From a bacterium (GTDB lineage Bacteria; Patescibacteriota; Dojkabacteria; JAKAPS01; JAJZLI01): a stretch of DNA of 55,396 bases. The position numbers were made by a program, and so were the translations under genes. Positions 30,848 through 40,539 of the stretch are shown here, one piece after another; positions within the stretch are counted from its first letter, which is position 1, and every line of letters begins with the position of its first letter. The stretch is from contig JAJZIL010000005.1 in the NCBI GenBank assembly GCA_021810605.1, forward strand, positions 1 through 55,396, in the 5' to 3' direction. Below the pieces are notes generated by a model. That model was not told the origin of the DNA, made no database searches, and was given only the letters and a program-made list of their open reading frames with translations.

Positions 30848-32194
30848 ATGTTTAATTTAGAAGACAAAGATTCGGCCAGAAGATTTTCTGTATTTCAATC
30901 TTTCAAAGATGTAGCTTTGTTAAGCATTTTTGAAGAGTTTGTGTCTTCTATATCTTCCTATTATTCTGATAGAAAAATTATATTTTCATACTTTAATTAT
31001 CGTATAAAAAAGTTATCCAAAAAGCTCAATTTTATTAAATCTAGTGTATTTCAGAAGTTTTATTGGGGACGAGGATCTTTATATAAACCAATTTTTACTC
31101 TACTTCTAATATCTATATTTGCTTTTAGTTTCTATATGATAGGGTTTTTATATAATATCGGTGGTGCAAAACATATTAAAGTTGCAACACTTTCAGCAAA
31201 TGCTTATTCTAAAGGAATAATATCTTCTTCTTCTGCATTACCTTCGAATACAACAAAATCAAAAATTAGTGCAGATTATGGATTAGTTAATTGGTATAAA
31301 GTAGAACCAGGAGATACACTTGCAAGTATTGCAAAGAAATTTAATACATCTGTAAGTGTTATTCAATGGTCTAATAATCTTAAAACTACAAATATTTACA
31401 CAGGAGAAGCTTTAAATATTATTCCTATATCAGGAATAACTTATACTGTAGCACCAGGAGATACACTTGCAAGTATTGCATCGAAGTTTTCTACTTCAAC
31501 AACAGAGATTGAAGATTGGAATCTTCTAAATAATTCTACTATAGCAACTTCTCCTTTAACTACAGGAGAAGTAATATTTATTCCAAATGCAATAATATCT
31601 ACTCCAGTTAGTCAAAATTCAACAAATAATAATGGAGGAATATCTCAGACTCCTACAGTAGCATCAAATTTTTCAAATTTTTCAAATACATATATAAAAA
31701 GTAATATATCAGCAAAAACTGCACCTATACTTCCTCAAGATTATTATTATTCTCAGACTAATCCTGCTTGGGCATATACTAGATTAGGTTATAGTGGCTA
31801 TGATATAGCAGAGGTAGGTTGTTTAGTAAGTAGTGTTGCTATGATTGCAAAATATTATGGATATAACATAACTCCTCAAGATATAGCTCAAAATCCTGGT
31901 AATTTCTCTGGCCCTTTATTTAATTGGAATGGATTAGGAATATTTAATGTTATACCCCTAGGTAGTCTTTATGGAGGGTATGTAAATTGGACTCAGATTA
32001 ATAGTGAATTAGCTTCAGGTCATCCTATCGTTGTGTCAGTAGATTATGCTTATCATTATGTTGTTTTAATAAAACAACTTGCAAATGGTGAATATTTAAT
32101 GAATGATCCTGCTCATGGACCAAATTTGATATTTAATGATTATTATTCTCCATCATCTGTTACTCAAGCTGTATTATTTACTCCATCTGATTAA
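30848..32194 (+). CDS. Membrane-anchored 2x LysM protein with C39-like cysteine peptidase domain
   Basis: Two Y.V.PGDTLASIA.KF LysM repeats; YYSQTNPAW, GCLVSSVAM, HYVV, NDP. Confidence 0.85.
   Translation: MFNLEDKDSARRFSVFQSFKDVALLSIFEEFVSSISSYYSDRKIIFSYFNYRIKKLSKKLNFIKSSVFQKFYWGRGSLYKPIFTLLLISIFAFSFYMIGFLYNIGGAKHIKVATLSANAYSKGIISSSSALPSNTTKSKISADYGLVNWYKVEPGDTLASIAKKFNTSVSVIQWSNNLKTTNIYTGEALNIIPISGITYTVAPGDTLASIASKFSTSTTEIEDWNLLNNSTIATSPLTTGEVIFIPNAIISTPVSQNSTNNNGGISQTPTVASNFSNFSNTYIKSNISAKTAPILPQDYYYSQTNPAWAYTRLGYSGYDIAEVGCLVSSVAMIAKYYGYNITPQDIAQNPGNFSGPLFNWNGLGIFNVIPLGSLYGGYVNWTQINSELASGHPIVVSVDYAYHYVVLIKQLANGEYLMNDPAHGPNLIFNDYYSPSSVTQAVLFTPSD
31306..31480 (+). repeat. 28-nt exact direct repeat in the two LysM coding units
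   Basis: accaggagatacacttgcaagtattgca at 31306-31333 and 31453-31480 (147 nt apart). Confidence 0.9.
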
Positions 32195-32257
32195 TTGATA
32201 TTGGAATAGGTTTGAATTATTTAGGTTATATCAAATTAGTATTAACTTTTTTAATAA

Positions 32258-33904
32258 TTACATTCTTTTAACAGTTTTTATTCCTAATAGATCTAGACCT
32301 ATTTCGATTGTATACATTGTTTTTTTAGTTAAATTCAATCTGGTATTTCTAATAATTGAATTAGGTTCTTTTAATATATTGTATTTTGAATATATTAAAT
32401 TATATAACTTTGAAATATTTAGAAGATATTCAACTAATATATTGGGTGATAGTTTTGATAGATCTATATAATCATTAAATTTATATAGTTCTCTTGCAAG
32501 ATTTTGTTCATCTTGATTTTCTAATTTTATAGTATCATTTTCTATATCAACTCCTTTAAGTAGACTCAGACATCTTACAAAAGTATACTGAATATATATA
32601 CTTGTATCTCCTTCGAAATTAAGGATTTTATCCCACTCAAATATTATGTCTGATGAATAATGTCTCTTAAGTATATTAAATTTAATTGCTCCAATTGCAA
32701 TTCTGTCTATTATTTCATTATTAGTAATATTTCTTTCTTTTAGAAGACTCATTGTTTTTTCTTTAGATTCTTTTATAAGAGTGTTTAATTTTATTGTGTT
32801 ACCCTTTCTTGTTGACATTTTTTCTCCCCCAGGAAGTTTTATAAAGCCATGAGATATTAGTATTAATTTTGTTTTATCAGAATAAATCCCAAGTATTTTT
32901 GCAGCTTCAAACATTTGTTCAATATATTGTTTTTGTTCAACACCTATCTCATATATAATTGTATCCATTTTTAGCATATTTACTCTGTAATCTATAGTTG
33001 CAAGATCGTGTGAAGAGTAAAGACTAGTTCCGTCTGATTTTCTTACTATTAATGGTTTTTGATTTTCTTTTGTATATACTACAACGGCACCATCTTCTAT
33101 TTTTGCTTTTTTATCTATTAAAGCTTTATCTACTATTTCTTGAGCTTTTTTATAATAGAAACTTTCTCCATATGTATTTTCAAATGATATATCTAGAAGA
33201 GAATATGTTTTATTAAATTCTTGCATACTCCAGTCAACAATTTTTTTCCAATATGCTGTGATTTCCTTATCTCCATCTGAAAGTTTTTTATAATATTCTT
33301 TAGCTTTTATAACTGATTCAGGGTTATTTTCTTCTTCTTTATGAAATTTTACATATAGTTTATTAAGCTCATTAATAGGATTCTTCTCTATTTGTGTCTC
33401 ATTTCCCCACTCTTTAATAGCATAAATTAGTTTTCCAAACTGTACTCCCCAATCTCCTATATGGTTATCATTTGTTGTATCATATCCTAAGTATTTATAT
33501 ATTCTATAAATACTATCTCCTATTATTGTAGTTGTAAGGTGTCCGATACTGAATGATTTAGCTATATTAGGTGAAGAGTATTCTACTAATACTTTTTTAT
33601 TTATCTTTTTAAACTTAGGGATATCTTTTTTTAATATATTTTCTAATGTATCTTTTTTTATAGAAATATTAATAAATGAGTTAAGGTTTTCAACTTCATA
33701 CTCTGAAAGCTCATATTTGATTTTTTCAAACAGATAAATCTTATCTATTTTATCTTTATATTTTGAATCTAACTTAAGTAGTATACTAGTTGAATAATCT
33801 CCATGTTTAGTGTCTTTAGATATTGATATTTCAACATCTTCTTTTATCCCATACTCTTTTAGGATTAATAATTCTATTTTTTTTGATATACTATCTTTCT
33901 CCAT
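32258..33904 (-). CDS. argS: Arginine--tRNA ligase
   Basis: VEYSSPNIAK..SIGH, NHIGDWGVQFG, KMSTRKG, YIQYT. Confidence 0.97.
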   Translation of the reverse strand: MEKDSISKKIELLILKEYGIKEDVEISISKDTKHGDYSTSILLKLDSKYKDKIDKIYLFEKIKYELSEYEVENLNSFINISIKKDTLENILKKDIPKFKKINKKVLVEYSSPNIAKSFSIGHLTTTIIGDSIYRIYKYLGYDTTNDNHIGDWGVQFGKLIYAIKEWGNETQIEKNPINELNKLYVKFHKEEENNPESVIKAKEYYKKLSDGDKEITAYWKKIVDWSMQEFNKTYSLLDISFENTYGESFYYKKAQEIVDKALIDKKAKIEDGAVVVYTKENQKPLIVRKSDGTSLYSSHDLATIDYRVNMLKMDTIIYEIGVEQKQYIEQMFEAAKILGIYSDKTKLILISHGFIKLPGGEKMSTRKGNTIKLNTLIKESKEKTMSLLKERNITNNEIIDRIAIGAIKFNILKRHYSSDIIFEWDKILNFEGDTSIYIQYTFVRCLSLLKGVDIENDTIKLENQDEQNLARELYKFNDYIDLSKLSPNILVEYLLNISKLYNLIYSKYNILKEPNSIIRNTRLNLTKKTMYTIEIGLDLLGIKTVKRM

Positions 33905-33948
33905 TTTTATTGATATTCTACCATAGATTTATTACAATAGTCTAAGTT

Positions 33949-35640
33949 ATGGATATAGAAAAAAACACTATTTCTCAAGATGATTCTACCCTAGAAAATT
34001 TTAGTACAGAAGAGATTAAGGTTCTTAATCTTTTTTTTACTAATACTAGTAGCAGTATATTTTTTGCCAAGAATACTCTTCCTCCTGAATTAGTAGGAGC
34101 TTTATCTTCTAGATATAGTAGATCAGAAAAATCTGTAAGGAGGATTTTTTTAGATGAATTTTATAATACAAATGAGTTTTCAGGGTTCTTATCTGGAGTT
34201 GATAAAACTGAAGATTTCTTAGGGAAATTTTTAAATACGGATAGAGCTCGTAATTTTTTTAAAAAATGGCTTTCAATGTATGGGGATGATTCAATTGCTG
34301 AAATGGGAGGTATAAATGTTTTTTTTGAAGGTATTTCTAATATTGCATCTAACTATCTTGAATCATTTGGGTTAGGATCATTTTTAGAGAAATCTTCTAG
34401 ATATGTATCATTCTCTTCAAAAGATAGTGCAGGTAAATATAGTTACTTTATACCAACTGAAATAAAGGAGTCTCAATATGGAAGTTCTGGAGAATCTTTA
34501 GTTAATGAAATGTTTGAACTATACTCCTCACTACAAGATAAATATTTAGATTATATAAAAAAGCTTTATCCAAAAGGAGAAGATGAGACTGATATATCTT
34601 TTAATAATTCAAGATCTGCAAAAAGATTTGATGACTTGAGAGATATATTACCTTTTGCTACTAGAACTAATGTTGCTTTGCATGTAAATGGAAGATTATT
34701 AGAAGATATTATTGCAAATGGAATAGATCATCCTTTATCTGAAGTTAGACATTTATCTAAGGTATTATTAGAGGAGTCAAAAAAAATAGTTGGATCCTTT
34801 ACTGATAGGGTTGAAAGTCCGAGAGGAAAAGAGTTATCTTCTTATTATAGAGCTGTATCAGAATTTTCTATAGATAATGCACCTAATTTTAGTCAAAGAG
34901 AAAGTGACTCTGATTTAGAAGTATTATCTGAGGCAGGTGTAGAGTTAGTATCATATCCAAAGGATAATGAGATTAATATTCTAGCTTCTCTACTTTATGA
35001 TAGATCTTCATCTGAACAAAATCTTGATTTTAATTGGTATGTTAATTATGTAATAAGCTCAAAGGATATATCAGATCTATATAATAAATTTTTTAATTTG
35101 AGATATTTTTCAGGAGAGGATAGAGAGAAAGTTAGAGGAAAGAAACTTGTAGGTGCATTTAAATTAGGTGATTATGTTTTTGAAATAAAATCACGTGGAG
35201 GCGATTATCGGGATTTATTTAGACACAGAGTTGTAGTTCATCAGAGACCTAAATTGACAACTAGATTAGGTTATAGTTTAGATCCAGATTTAAAAGAGTC
35301 TCCATACTATAACGAAGTACATGAATTATTTAAAAAAATAGATAAGTTTTATAAATCTCTTCCTGAAGATATGATTAACTATGCTGAATATTTGATACCA
35401 TATGCTTTTCATCAAAGATACTTAATGTCTATGTCTGCTTGGGAAGCATATCATTTAATAGAGTTAAGATCAGGTCCTCAAGGCAGATCTCATTATAGAG
35501 AGATTGTTCAAAAGATGTCAGATCTACTTAAAGGTGTACATCCAAATATATTTTCAGGACTTAAGACTGATTATAACAAATATAATCTTTCTCGAAGAGA
35601 ATCTGAGAAAAAAATATCCAAGAAATTAGAAAACTTATAG
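33949..35640 (+). CDS. thyX: Long two-domain FAD-dependent thymidylate synthase
   Basis: SRYSRS, YGDDSIAE, LEKSSRY, RDILP.AT.TN, RDLFRHR, ELRS.PQG...YR. Confidence 0.85.
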   Translation: MDIEKNTISQDDSTLENFSTEEIKVLNLFFTNTSSSIFFAKNTLPPELVGALSSRYSRSEKSVRRIFLDEFYNTNEFSGFLSGVDKTEDFLGKFLNTDRARNFFKKWLSMYGDDSIAEMGGINVFFEGISNIASNYLESFGLGSFLEKSSRYVSFSSKDSAGKYSYFIPTEIKESQYGSSGESLVNEMFELYSSLQDKYLDYIKKLYPKGEDETDISFNNSRSAKRFDDLRDILPFATRTNVALHVNGRLLEDIIANGIDHPLSEVRHLSKVLLEESKKIVGSFTDRVESPRGKELSSYYRAVSEFSIDNAPNFSQRESDSDLEVLSEAGVELVSYPKDNEINILASLLYDRSSSEQNLDFNWYVNYVISSKDISDLYNKFFNLRYFSGEDREKVRGKKLVGAFKLGDYVFEIKSRGGDYRDLFRHRVVVHQRPKLTTRLGYSLDPDLKESPYYNEVHELFKKIDKFYKSLPEDMINYAEYLIPYAFHQRYLMSMSAWEAYHLIELRSGPQGRSHYREIVQKMSDLLKGVHPNIFSGLKTDYNKYNLSRRESEKKISKKLENL

Positions 35641-35697
35641 TATTAATATCGAACTATAGGTCTTTAATATTTTTTCATACATACATATAATAGTTTT

Positions 35698-37014
35698 ATG
35701 ACGAATCTCTTATATGCAAGAACACTGATGGGAATGTCTTTAGGTTTCCATATCATATTTGCATATCTTGGTATTGGACTTCCATTTTTGATATCACTTT
35801 TTGAATTAATTGGTATTATTAAAAAAGATAATAATTACTCTATTTTTGCAAAAAGGCTTTCATATGCTCTAGTTATACTTTTTGCAATTGGTGCCGCATC
35901 TGGGACTCTTGTTGCATTTGAACTATCTTTACTCTGGCCTCCATTTATGAGTCTTATTAGTAAAGTTGATATACTCCCATTTGCTCTAGAGGGAATAGCT
36001 TTTGTAATAGAGGCAATCTTTTTAGGAATATATATTTACAACTGGGATAAATTTAAAACTAAAATAGGTCATTGGATTACATCAATACCTATAATAATTG
36101 GTTCTACTGCATCTGGAGTACTTATTACTACAGTTAATGCATTTATGAATACTCCAGCAGGGTTTAAAATTGTTAACGGAAAAATTACTGATATTCAACC
36201 AATAAAAGCTCTAATGAATCCAATCTCTTTTGCTGAAGTATCTCATGTTATTATTACTGCATATCTCGCTACTTTTTTTACAATTGCAGCAATCTATGCT
36301 TTCTATATACTCAAAGGTAAAAAAGAAAAATATTATAAAAATGTATTAAATGTATCTATGTTTTTAGTACTTATAACATCTGTTCTTACTGCCTTTACAG
36401 GAGATTTACAAGGTAAGGCAGAGGCTTTATATAATCCTGAGAAACTTGCTGCAACAGAAGCTGTTTTTCATACTCATAGTTCCGTTGCAGAAAGAGTGGG
36501 AGGAATATTTTCAAATAATCATCTTATATATGCTCTAAAAGTTCCAGATTTACTGAGTTTTCTTGCATATGGGAATCCTAATGCTAAAGTGGTTGGGCTA
36601 CTATCCTTTCCTAAAAGTAGTTGGCCTCCATTTTTTGTACATTATACATTTGATGCAATGGTTCTTTTAGGTAGTCTTTATGTACTATATTCTCTCATAT
36701 ATGTAATTATACAATTTACAAAAAAGAAATCTTATATTCTTTATAATAAATTAAATCTATATATACTTATTGCTATCGGAATGAGTTCTTTTATAACAGT
36801 TGAACTAGGTTGGATTTCTGCAGAAGTTGGAAGGTATCCATGGATAATTTATCACGTAATGAGAATAAAAGATGCTATAACAAGTTCAGCTTATGTACCT
36901 TTTGTCTTCTATCTATTTCTTCTTACATTTATATTTTTATTTATAATGATGATATTTTTATTAATAAGCTTTTTTAAAAAAAGACCTATTTATAGAGATG
37001 GAATAATAACATGA
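35698..37014 (+). CDS. cydA: Cytochrome bd quinol oxidase subunit I (short Q-loop)
   Basis: GFHIIF, NAFMNTPAG, KLAATE, FDAM, GW...EVGRYPW. Confidence 0.95.
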   Translation: MTNLLYARTLMGMSLGFHIIFAYLGIGLPFLISLFELIGIIKKDNNYSIFAKRLSYALVILFAIGAASGTLVAFELSLLWPPFMSLISKVDILPFALEGIAFVIEAIFLGIYIYNWDKFKTKIGHWITSIPIIIGSTASGVLITTVNAFMNTPAGFKIVNGKITDIQPIKALMNPISFAEVSHVIITAYLATFFTIAAIYAFYILKGKKEKYYKNVLNVSMFLVLITSVLTAFTGDLQGKAEALYNPEKLAATEAVFHTHSSVAERVGGIFSNNHLIYALKVPDLLSFLAYGNPNAKVVGLLSFPKSSWPPFFVHYTFDAMVLLGSLYVLYSLIYVIIQFTKKKSYILYNKLNLYILIAIGMSSFITVELGWISAEVGRYPWIIYHVMRIKDAITSSAYVPFVFYLFLLTFIFLFIMMIFLLISFFKKRPIYRDGIIT

Positions 37015-37976
37015 TAGAATATATACTTTTAAATCTTTTATTATTTATATATCTGACTCTTATCTCAATAGAGTTTGGTAATAGTATATATTACTATGTA
37101 TATTCAAAATTAGATATTAATATATCTAAAATAATATTTAGATATACTTCTCCAGTATGGGAGCTTACAAATACATTTTTGGTTCTATTTATTGTATTTT
37201 TAATAGCACTCTATCCAAAAGCACCTCTTATATATGGAACGGTTTTTCTTATCCCTGGATCATTAGCTCTATTCTTTTTTCTTCTAAGATCATTCTCATT
37301 CGTATATATATATGAATTTGATGAAAATAGTATTCTTTTTAGAACCCTTTATGGAGTATCTAGTTTTTTTATCCCAGCATTTCTTTCTCTATATTTTTCT
37401 ATTTCTATCTATAATAACTTTAAAGTTATTGGAAATAGTGTAGTATATTCTCTCCAGTCAATTCTTTTTTCACCTCTTTCAATAGCATTTATTATTTTTT
37501 CAATACTTAATGTTTTATATATATCAGCCTCATTCCTTCTTATGTATACTAAGGAAGATAAAAAACTTGTATCAGAAATTTCAAATGTATTTATAATACT
37601 CTCATCTATTATGCTATTTTTTGTGTCAATTGTATTCTACATATTTCGATCAATTCCATTTTTCTCACAGATACTTAACCATTACTTTTTAATATTATTT
37701 GTATATATTCTCCTCTTTGCACTATCTCAAATGTTTATAGTCTTTAAAGAATATAGGTATTTATTTTCATTTATTCTATTACAGATGTTTTTATTATTTT
37801 TAATATATATTATAGGAAATTATCCATACATATTATATAAAGGTATTAGTGTATATAATATAAATAATTCCGTTGTAATGCAGTATTTACTTTATACTCT
37901 TATTATAGCTATAATACTCATAGTCCCCTCTTTAATATTTTTTATATATTTTTTGAAAAAAAAGAAAAGTGTTTGA
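37011..37976 (+). CDS. cydB: Cytochrome bd quinol oxidase subunit II
   Basis: IEFG, SPVWELTNTFL, YPYIL; ATGA overlap with cydA. Confidence 0.9.
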   Translation: MIEYILLNLLLFIYLTLISIEFGNSIYYYVYSKLDINISKIIFRYTSPVWELTNTFLVLFIVFLIALYPKAPLIYGTVFLIPGSLALFFFLLRSFSFVYIYEFDENSILFRTLYGVSSFFIPAFLSLYFSISIYNNFKVIGNSVVYSLQSILFSPLSIAFIIFSILNVLYISASFLLMYTKEDKKLVSEISNVFIILSSIMLFFVSIVFYIFRSIPFFSQILNHYFLILFVYILLFALSQMFIVFKEYRYLFSFILLQMFLLFLIYIIGNYPYILYKGISVYNINNSVVMQYLLYTLIIAIILIVPSLIFFIYFLKKKKSV

Positions 37977-38865
37977 AAAAGTTCTAGATAAAAGTTATTC
38001 TGAAATTTTATTTTCTGGCAGTCTTACTCCTATTATTATAGATGGGCTAGATGGTACAGGAAAAGAGACGTCATCTCGTCTTATTGGAGAAGAACTCTCA
38101 TCTAAAGGATATAATTCTCTTGTAGTATCTTATCCTCAATATAAGACATATTGGGGAAATGTTATAAGATCATTTTTACGAGAAGATGGTAAAAATTTTG
38201 ATTTTTCTTTAGAAGAAAGAATGCTTGTTTATGCAATAAATAGGCTTGAGAGTGTATCTTCAATAAAAAATTCTGTTGAGAGTAATTATTCATCAAATGG
38301 AGAATTTATAATATTTGATAGATTTATTACATCAAATCTTATTACTTATTCATATTTTACTAAAGATAATCCTAAAATTGATAAAACTCATTTAGTTGAA
38401 GTATACAGATATATGAATTCTATTGATTCACTTTTTCTTTCAGAATTGAGGATTTCCAATGTGAAAATTATTATACCTACTATTAATCCTACTGATTCAT
38501 CAGAATTATTAAAAAAAGATCCCAAAACAGATGTAAAAGATAGTTATGAAAAAATAGCTGTTCAGAAAAAAGCTTATGAAGTATATAGATTTGTATCAGA
38601 GAATATTGATAAAGGTAAGTTTAAATTTATTTCAATAAGTGATAAGGAAGGTATGCTTTCTCCATCTATTGTGGCAAGTAAGATAATCTCTGAAAGTGTT
38701 AGTAAGATGATAAAAAAAACAATTGGACAAGGGAAAATTACTATTCTAAATTTAGAAGGTAGGATATTAGATAAAGATGTAGTTACTCTTATATCAAAGT
38801 TGGTTGATTTATATGGAACTCAGAGAATTAAAGATTTATATAAGAATTCTTTATTGCAAGATTGA
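37969..38865 (+). CDS. tmk: Thymidylate kinase-like protein
   Basis: IDGLDGTGKET P-loop, SYPQY, FDRF..SN; near thyX. Confidence 0.8.
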   Translation: MFEKVLDKSYSEILFSGSLTPIIIDGLDGTGKETSSRLIGEELSSKGYNSLVVSYPQYKTYWGNVIRSFLREDGKNFDFSLEERMLVYAINRLESVSSIKNSVESNYSSNGEFIIFDRFITSNLITYSYFTKDNPKIDKTHLVEVYRYMNSIDSLFLSELRISNVKIIIPTINPTDSSELLKKDPKTDVKDSYEKIAVQKKAYEVYRFVSENIDKGKFKFISISDKEGMLSPSIVASKIISESVSKMIKKTIGQGKITILNLEGRILDKDVVTLISKLVDLYGTQRIKDLYKNSLLQD

Positions 38866-38881
38866 TATTTTTAATTTTTGA

Positions 38882-39042
38882 ATACAGTATATCAATTTCT
38901 TTTAAGTTAATATTATCAATTAATATATCTCTTTTATCTGGATCATGAATCTATAGAGTAGGTTTATAAAAATAGATTTTTCAGCACCATTTTTGCCTAC
39001 TATGGCAAGTATTAGCGATTTTTATACTGAGATGTTCAGTTT
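38882..39042 (-). pseudogene. Fragment of an ABC exporter ATP-binding domain
   Basis: Manual translation KLNISV*KSLILAIVGKNGAEKSIFINLLYRF, 1-nt frameshift, then DPDKRDILIDNINLKEIDI; degenerate Walker A, internal stop. Confidence 0.8.
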
Positions 39043-39093
39043 AAATTGTAGTAGTAAGCATTCCATAAGTAGCAAATTTTTATGAAAGATTCT

Positions 39094-39435
39094 TTAAATA
39101 ATAAATATAGATATAAGAAGTATTATTAATACAAAACTTGTTATAAATACAAACTGTATATTTTTTTCTTGTTTAAACATAAATATAGAAAATATTACTC
39201 TTAAAAGAGGAGTTAATATTAAAACTATAATTGGAATAAATACAAAAGAAGTTAGAGATAGATGTTTCATATAATTTATATATATAAAATTATATATACT
39301 TGTATATTTATATATCTTTCCTGTTTTATTACTATTTAATGATAGAAATATTCCTATTATTGCTAGTATAAAACTTAACCCTACTCCTATTCTTAGAATA
39401 TAACTTATATATTTGTTGTAATCTATTTTTTTCAT
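39094..39435 (-). CDS. DUF1634 membrane protein
   Basis: ISYILRIGV, LILTPLLRV; usual partner of TauE genes. Confidence 0.85.
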   Translation of the reverse strand: MKKIDYNKYISYILRIGVGLSFILAIIGIFLSLNSNKTGKIYKYTSIYNFIYINYMKHLSLTSFVFIPIIVLILTPLLRVIFSIFMFKQEKNIQFVFITSFVLIILLISIFII

Positions 39436-40265
39436 AATAGTCCTGCTCCTCTAAGAATCATTTCAATTGCTATGATAAAAAGTATTATAGAGAATATAAT
39501 TTTAAGTCTATTGTTAGATGTTCTTCTTAGAAGTTTTGTTCCTATAAGAGATCCTAAAAAAATTCCTGCCATTACAGGAAGTGCAAGATATGGATTGATA
39601 TATCCTTTTATAAGGTATATGACAGAAGAAGCTAATGCTGTTACTCCTATCATGAAATTTGAAGTGGTTGTGGATACTTTCATTGGTATATTCATAATAT
39701 TATCCATAGCAATAACTTTAAAGACTCCACTTCCAATTCCTAGAAGTCCTGAAGCAAAACCTGCAATATACATCATGATTAATCCATAGGGAGTATTATT
39801 AATATTATACTTATACTCTACTCCATCATTATCTATATATGAAGATGATAATTCTAATTTTTCTGCAAGATAATCATTTTTTACTTTTTTTTCTTTATCT
39901 TCTTTTTTAAAAAGCATTGGATATATACTTAAAATAAGTACTACTGCAAATATATAAAAAAGTGCAATTGGGTTAATTATTCCCAAAAGAGTAGCTCCAG
40001 AGATTGCTCCTGTTGTAGTTGCTATCTCTAAAAACATTCCTGTTTTAAGATTGATTAACTTATCTTTTAGATACACTGATGCAGCTCCAGAAGAGGTTGC
40101 TATAACAGATATAATACTTGCTCCAATTGCCTCTTTAATATTTATATGATAAAGAAATATCAGTATTGGAATTATTATTATTCCTCCTCCAATCCCTAAT
40201 AAGGATCCTATTATGCCTGCAACAATTGCAAGTATTATTAGACTTATATAAAAAGTTAACATCAA
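39432..40265 (-). CDS. TauE/SafE (TSUP) sulfite exporter family
   Basis: GSLLGIGGG, SVIATSSG, SGLLGIGSG, TTSNFMIGVT. Confidence 0.93.
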   Translation of the reverse strand: MMLTFYISLIILAIVAGIIGSLLGIGGGIIIIPILIFLYHINIKEAIGASIISVIATSSGAASVYLKDKLINLKTGMFLEIATTTGAISGATLLGIINPIALFYIFAVVLILSIYPMLFKKEDKEKKVKNDYLAEKLELSSSYIDNDGVEYKYNINNTPYGLIMMYIAGFASGLLGIGSGVFKVIAMDNIMNIPMKVSTTTSNFMIGVTALASSVIYLIKGYINPYLALPVMAGIFLGSLIGTKLLRRTSNNRLKIIFSIILFIIAIEMILRGAGLL

Positions 40266-40279
40266 GGATTATTGTATCA

Positions 40280-40296
40280 TTATAACTGAGTTATAA
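40280..40296. promoter_or_regulatory. 17-bp palindrome upstream of tauE, candidate operator
   Basis: TTATAACT-G-AGTTATAA, perfect 8-bp arms, next to TGaTACAAT extended -10. Confidence 0.45.
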
Positions 40297-40477
40297 AAAC
40301 TATCTGAAGTAAGAAATATAATTTATTGTTATCTCAGAATCTTTTATATTCATATTTAACAGCTTTCCTATCAAATTCTTTTTAATCCACAATGAAATAT
40401 TATTAGTATATTTTTTATCATTGAAAGATTTTCTTATCTCTTAATGAGAATTCTTTTATTTATAATAGAGAATATAT

Positions 40478-40524
40478 CAATACACCTTTTGATTGTATTG
40501 AAAGATTATATTTATATAATCTTT
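40478..40524. terminator. Two adjacent hairpins downstream of the CYTH gene
   Basis: caataca-9nt-tgtattg (40478-40500) and aaagattata-ttta-tataatcttt (40501-40524); AT-rich, weak. Confidence 0.3.
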
Positions 40525-40539
40525 TGTAAGTTTTTATTT

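Noticed and set aside
38930-38989. Possible tRNA ending in ...cagcacca
   Set aside because: No T-loop (TTCGA) or cloverleaf; the sequence belongs to the ABC relic
38993-39008. Palindrome TTGCC-TACTAT-GGCAA as an operator
   Set aside because: It lies in the ABC-ATPase relic and simply encodes LAIVGK on the minus strand
40300-40440. Open stretch on the minus strand (EIRKSFNDKKYTNNISLWIKK...)
   Set aside because: No convincing start or recognisable family; may be a relic but cannot be supported
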